The notes below the pieces were generated by a model. It made no database searches and was not told the origin of the DNA. It saw only the letters and a list, made by a program, of their open reading frames with translations. 19,591 nucleotides of DNA from Elusimicrobiota bacterium (lineage in GTDB: Bacteria; Elusimicrobiota; Elusimicrobia; Elusimicrobiales; UBA9959), in NCBI GenBank assembly GCA_037137395.1, contig JBAXKK010000048.1:1-19591 (forward strand), written 5' to 3'. This document shows positions 15,657 through 19,591 of this stretch, piece after piece. Within the stretch, counting starts at the first letter, position 1. The number at the start of each line of letters is the position of its first letter. The translations under genes and the position numbers were made by a program.

Positions 15657-15669
15657 ACAGCGGGAATTT

Positions 15670-17487
15670 TTATTTAATCTTCTGTATCCGGGTTATACGG
15701 CCGTGAAACACTTTGTTAAGGTGTTTAAGTTCGGGTTCGTCCTCAGCGGAGCTCGCGTCGGCCGCCTCATCCCGCCTCATATTTACAGCCTGGCCCTGAA
15801 CCGGAGGCGCGCCATTTTTGTCCGGCAGGTTTGACTCCAGCGCGGCTAAAAGAGCGGCGCTGGGCACATCATCCGCGTCGCCGGCATCAAGCACTTCCGG
15901 CGCTTCAAAAATCTGTTCAGCGTCCTCTTCGCGGACAGCCGCTGTGGTCGTCGCCGCGCTATGCGCCACCGTCAGGAGTATTTTGCGGCCAGCCACGCGC
16001 TCAAGATTCGCCTCAAGTTCCGCGCGGGCCTTTTCTATGATACCAGCTTCAAATTCATTTGAGGAAGAAAGCTTCCAGGATCCCTCATTATCAAAGACCA
16101 CCCTGACGGAAAGCAGGGTATTGTAAAGCAATGGTCTATGGACGGAGATGGCGCCAAGGAGCCTTTTCCATAGTGCGGAAGAAGAAAGTCCGGCGGGCAG
16201 CTGTTGCGTTTCCTGCGGGGAGGGCGGTGAGACAACAACGCGCGGGGAGGCCGGAGCGACAGCCGGCAGTTTAGGAGGTAGCGGCGTCAGAGCTGATTTT
16301 TCATTTTTTTTTTGATCGCTGGATAAACTCTGCGCCGGCCTGCAGGAATCCGGGACCGGGGCGCCGGAAGCTAACCGGCCCTCAAGGCTCTCAAGCCTTT
16401 TGACAAGCGCGTCAAGGTCCTGCGGAGTTTCTACCAGCGTAAATAGCGCTATCTCCGAGGCCAGGGCCGGAGAATCTGAAAATTTAACTTCGTCAATAAC
16501 GGCGTTCAACTTTCTGGACAGCCGGGCCAGCGTCATAGGGGAACAGTCTTTATCCAGCGCCGCGGACAGCGGTGTGGGGATCTTGGAGAAGCCCTGAAGA
16601 TTAAGAAAGGTCTCGGACAGCGTGTTTCGCAAATCGCGCAATATGGTTATGGGGTCATAACCTTCCCGTGAGATTTTTTCAAAGCCCGCGTAAAGCGCCG
16701 TCGCGTCCCTCTTGATCAGGGCGAGCGCCACATCTTTTATCAGATCCGGACTCGCGTGCCCCAAAAGCTCGTTTAAAACTTCAAGCTCAACCATGCCTTT
16801 GCCGAACGAAGCGGCCCGGTCAAGCAGCGTGAGCGCGTCGCGCATGGCGCCGCCAGCCGCTCCGGCGATAACAGCCAGCGCCTCATCGGAAACCTTGAGT
16901 TTCTCGCCAGTGACCACCTCACGCAGTCTCGCAACGATAAGGTCCTCGGGAATGGGGCGGAAACGAAAGCACTGCGAGCGGGAAAGTATCGTGACCGGCA
17001 CCTTGGTCTGTTCGGTCGTGGCCATGATAAACACAACATGCGACGGCGGCTCCTCTATGGTTTTCAGGAGCGCGTTAAAAGACTGTTTGGACAACATGTG
17101 CACTTCGTCAAGGATATAGATCTTATATTTGTCCCGGGACGGAGCAAGGCCGACATTCTCGATGATGACGCTGCGCACATTATCAACGTCTGTGTGGCTG
17201 GCGGCGTCGATCTCAATGACATCCAGAGATTTACTCTCGGCTATCTCAAGGCAGGAGGCGCACTTATCGCAGGGCTTACCGTCTTTGGCGTCCCGGCAGT
17301 TCAGGGTCTTGGCAAGTATACGGGCTATCGTGGTCTTGCCGCAGCCGCGCGGCCCGTAAAAAACATAGGCGTGCGCCAGACGGCCCAGCTTTACAGAATT
17401 AGCCAGCGTGGTTTTAATAGTTTCCTGCCCCATCACCATATCAAGGTTTTTGGGCCGGTACTTGGTGGCAAGATTTTCGTAAGGCAT
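15670..17487 (-). CDS. dnaX: DNA polymerase III subunits tau/gamma
   Basis: LATKYRP, Walker A GPRGCGKTT, zinc motif (C...PCDKCASC), EIDAAS, DEVHML, NALLKTIEEPP, TILSRSQ, GAMRDALTLLD, then a Pro-rich linker and tau C-terminal region. Adjacent to recR. Confidence 0.97.
   Translation of the reverse strand: MPYENLATKYRPKNLDMVMGQETIKTTLANSVKLGRLAHAYVFYGPRGCGKTTIARILAKTLNCRDAKDGKPCDKCASCLEIAESKSLDVIEIDAASHTDVDNVRSVIIENVGLAPSRDKYKIYILDEVHMLSKQSFNALLKTIEEPPSHVVFIMATTEQTKVPVTILSRSQCFRFRPIPEDLIVARLREVVTGEKLKVSDEALAVIAGAAGGAMRDALTLLDRAASFGKGMVELEVLNELLGHASPDLIKDVALALIKRDATALYAGFEKISREGYDPITILRDLRNTLSETFLNLQGFSKIPTPLSAALDKDCSPMTLARLSRKLNAVIDEVKFSDSPALASEIALFTLVETPQDLDALVKRLESLEGRLASGAPVPDSCRPAQSLSSDQKKNEKSALTPLPPKLPAVAPASPRVVVSPPSPQETQQLPAGLSSSALWKRLLGAISVHRPLLYNTLLSVRVVFDNEGSWKLSSSNEFEAGIIEKARAELEANLERVAGRKILLTVAHSAATTTAAVREEDAEQIFEAPEVLDAGDADDVPSAALLAALESNLPDKNGAPPVQGQAVNMRRDEAADASSAEDEPELKHLNKVFHGRITRIQKIK
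16301..16314 (-). other. A10 slippery run followed by out-of-frame TGA in dnaX (putative gamma-generating recoding site)
   Basis: Minus strand CAA AAA AAA AAT GAA with 10 consecutive A (16313-16304) and TGA at 16303-16301 in the -1 frame. Confidence 0.75.
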
Positions 17488-17493
17488 AAAAGA

Positions 17494-17580
17494 TAGGGTT
17501 GAGGGTATAGGGTAGAGGGTTCAGGGTAGCGGGTGAAGAACTCCACACCCTATACCCTAAACCCTGTCCCCTAGACCCTT
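17494..17580. repeat. Inverted heptamer-array hairpin (NAGGGTW x6 vs NACCCTN x5)
   Basis: tagggtt gagggta tagggta gagggtt cagggta gcgggtg (17494-17535), then cacccta tacccta aaccctg tccccta gaccctt (17546-17580). Confidence 0.9.
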
Positions 17581-17585
17581 GCTTG

Positions 17586-18440
17586 TTAAAACTTTATCCC
17601 GGCGCCCAGAGTGATGAAGTTGTCTTTAGTGGAGCCGCTGTCGAAGATCTGATAACCGACATTCGCCGTCACCATGCTTAGATCAATATAAGCGCCTAAC
17701 AGGTAGGCGGAGCTGTCATCTACGCCGCCCTTATATTTGGTGGCGGTGTAGGAAACGAAAGGAGTTAACAAGGGATACCCGGGCAGATCCAGCTTCACAT
17801 TGACGCTGGATTTCGGGTAGGCCACCAGGACGAAGTTATGACCGGGCACAAAACCCTGCGTCAATATCGCGTCTTCATCACCGTACTTATAGCCGGTATA
17901 AGAGGCGGAAAGATTTACCATAAGTATTTTCGCCCCGGCAAATAAAGAGCCTTCGGTCTGATCGGTGTCTTTATCCGTAGTCCCGATCGTCTGCGTGTGC
18001 ATGGTGTGCTTAAGACCCGCGCCGACATCAATGCGGGTTACGCCGGTGCCGCCGCGCGCGCTCCCGCGGGAACCGGGACCTGCCAGACGGGAATGGCCGC
18101 CTTCCCCGGGAGTAAGCGAGAAGGTTATATCGCCGCCCACGAACTTATTGGAATACTTGTTAACCTCGGGGGTGGTTCCGGCAAAGCCGGCCACGGTATA
18201 TTTTTCCGCTTCCCAAGCGCCGCGCAAAGCGTAGGTGCGGTAAGTTTTGTCCAGCGCGTCGGAGGTATAGCTGACCAACGAAGGCTCTATGGCCAGGTTG
18301 CCTGAACCTATTACCAGATTCAGCTTAGTGCCGCTATAGCCGTGCGGGCCGCTGGTTCCGGTTACTCCACCGTCAAAATAAGCCGCCGCGTTAATTGAAA
18401 AACAGGCCAATGCGATCGCGCTGATAAGTAATCTTTTCAT
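17586..18440 (-). CDS. Hypothetical exported protein, predicted outer-membrane beta-barrel
   Basis: Signal peptide MKRLLISAIALACFSINAAA, alternating aromatic/Gly strands, C-terminal ...LGAGIKF (BAM-type terminal Phe) and a strong AAGGAG SD. Confidence 0.7.
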   Translation of the reverse strand: MKRLLISAIALACFSINAAAYFDGGVTGTSGPHGYSGTKLNLVIGSGNLAIEPSLVSYTSDALDKTYRTYALRGAWEAEKYTVAGFAGTTPEVNKYSNKFVGGDITFSLTPGEGGHSRLAGPGSRGSARGGTGVTRIDVGAGLKHTMHTQTIGTTDKDTDQTEGSLFAGAKILMVNLSASYTGYKYGDEDAILTQGFVPGHNFVLVAYPKSSVNVKLDLPGYPLLTPFVSYTATKYKGGVDDSSAYLLGAYIDLSMVTANVGYQIFDSGSTKDNFITLGAGIKF

Positions 18441-18474
18441 TATTATCTCTCCTTTTAAATGTACGCCTGCAACT

Positions 18475-19524
18475 CTACGCTGCTTTTACAAGTTCCTTGT
18501 TCAGGAAATCCGAGTAGCATTTCGCTTTGCGGCTCTTCCAGGCGCCCTTGTGGTAACCGTAGCCGGCGATAAGCGGCATGGCCAGGGTGGCTTCTGAGAA
18601 AACCATCTGTTCGTGGGTGGTTTCAACCTTGCCCCAGGAGCTGGCTTCCTTCAGCGTTGAGCTGGATAAGGCGCCGTCGCGCACATCAGCCACGGTCACC
18701 TGCACCGCGTATTTATGCATGGGGCATTCTTCGCCAAGGATGTCAGCGGCTACAACGGTATCCTGGGTAAAGTTCTTGGGCACGCCGCCGCCGATCATGA
18801 AGATACCGGTATCCTTAGCCTCCATCTTCACCTTGGTCAGTTCCAGAAAATCTTTAACGGAGTCCATGGACATGTGCTTTTCAGGGTTGTTCCACTGGTG
18901 TTCCATCATGCCAAAACCGGCGGAGCAATCGGAGAAGGCGGGCACGAAGATGGGCACGCGTTTCTCGTAGGCGGCGAGCACCACGGAATCCTTATTCTTG
19001 CCGTGCTTCGCCAGATATTTGCCCATTTCTTCAATAAATTCTCTGGAGGAATAGGGGCGGGGGTCGAGAGAATCAGCTATCTTCCTGGTCGTATCGTCGC
19101 AGATGCGCAGTTCGTCCTCGTCAATAAAGGTGTCATAGATGCGGTCTATGTGCAGATCCCGCAGATTGTTGTCGTCTATGCCGTAGGGCGTGCCCTTGTA
19201 GTGCTTAAAGCCGAGGCCCTCAAAGAAATCCTGATCCACTATGATAGCGCCCGTGGAAACGATGGCGTCCACCATGTTGTTCCGGATCATATCAACCACC
19301 ACTTTCTTAAGTCCGGCCGAGAAAAGAGAGCCGGCCATAGTGAGGATGACGGAGCAATTTTTATCGGAAAGCATCATGTTGTAGATCCGGGCGGCGCGGG
19401 CCAGATCCCTGGCTGAAAACGCCATATCATCCATAGCGTCCACCATGGGGACCACATTATGTTTGGTGATCTCAAAATGCTTCACCGTGTCTTTAAGATA
19501 ATCGGATTTTTTTAATTTCGGCAT
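18475..19524 (-). CDS. Deoxyhypusine synthase-like protein (bacterial DHS family; probably polyamine/homospermidine biosynthesis), 349 aa
   Basis: VDAIVSTGA, IDRIYD, PIFVPAFSDCSAG, IGGGVPKNF, DGALSSSTLKEASSWGKV (catalytic Lys motif), EATLAMPL. The start is placed at ATG 19524 behind AGGAG; the ORF track's GTG at 19584 lacks this support. Confidence 0.88.
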   Translation of the reverse strand: MPKLKKSDYLKDTVKHFEITKHNVVPMVDAMDDMAFSARDLARAARIYNMMLSDKNCSVILTMAGSLFSAGLKKVVVDMIRNNMVDAIVSTGAIIVDQDFFEGLGFKHYKGTPYGIDDNNLRDLHIDRIYDTFIDEDELRICDDTTRKIADSLDPRPYSSREFIEEMGKYLAKHGKNKDSVVLAAYEKRVPIFVPAFSDCSAGFGMMEHQWNNPEKHMSMDSVKDFLELTKVKMEAKDTGIFMIGGGVPKNFTQDTVVAADILGEECPMHKYAVQVTVADVRDGALSSSTLKEASSWGKVETTHEQMVFSEATLAMPLIAGYGYHKGAWKSRKAKCYSDFLNKELVKAA

Positions 19525-19591
19525 TTTCTCTCCTGAATTATTATTATTCGGCATTGACCAGGGATTGCGCTTCGCTTCACTCACCCCAATG

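Noticed and set aside
19525..19584. ORF-track N-terminal extension of the DHS-like protein
   Set aside because: The AGGAG SD is correctly spaced for ATG 19524, and the extension is low complexity (NNNN).
19552..19591. Weak inverted repeat (CATTG...CAATG) with a GCGAAGCG core at the window edge
   Set aside because: It is short, imperfect and possibly truncated by the window edge, so I cannot distinguish a REP-like repeat from chance.

Overview
A moderately GC-rich bacterial chromosomal segment of mostly housekeeping, DNA-repair and competence genes. It is probably from Elusimicrobiota, a tentative call based on my recollection of the S20-like N-terminus MAKLKTGRH. Order: rpsT 5' end (-, partial) | murJ, compact uvrC, a ~240-nt structured intergenic element, ogt-like methyltransferase (+) | then a long minus-strand run which, in transcription order, is deoxyhypusine-synthase-like gene, predicted outer-membrane beta-barrel, dnaX, recR, comEC, nadK, recN, gltX, GYF_2-like membrane protein, pilT, pilC. 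I found no rRNA, tRNA, CRISPR array, transposase or phage gene. The notable signals are non-coding or recoding features. (1) Five clear and one weak intergenic 'heptamer-array hairpins' use different 7-mer units and sit between a stop codon and the next, Shine-Dalgarno (SD)-less, start codon. (2) An A10 slippery run in dnaX has stops in both alternative frames (tau/gamma recoding). (3) uvrC probably starts at a non-canonical CUG/AUU codon coupled to the murJ stop. (4) A multi-helix element lies at 3032-3272. (5) A promoter, ~80-nt transcript and terminator with a competing antiterminator helix lie upstream of pilT. (6) Several genes look leaderless. All structure and promoter calls were made by eye and need computational or experimental confirmation.
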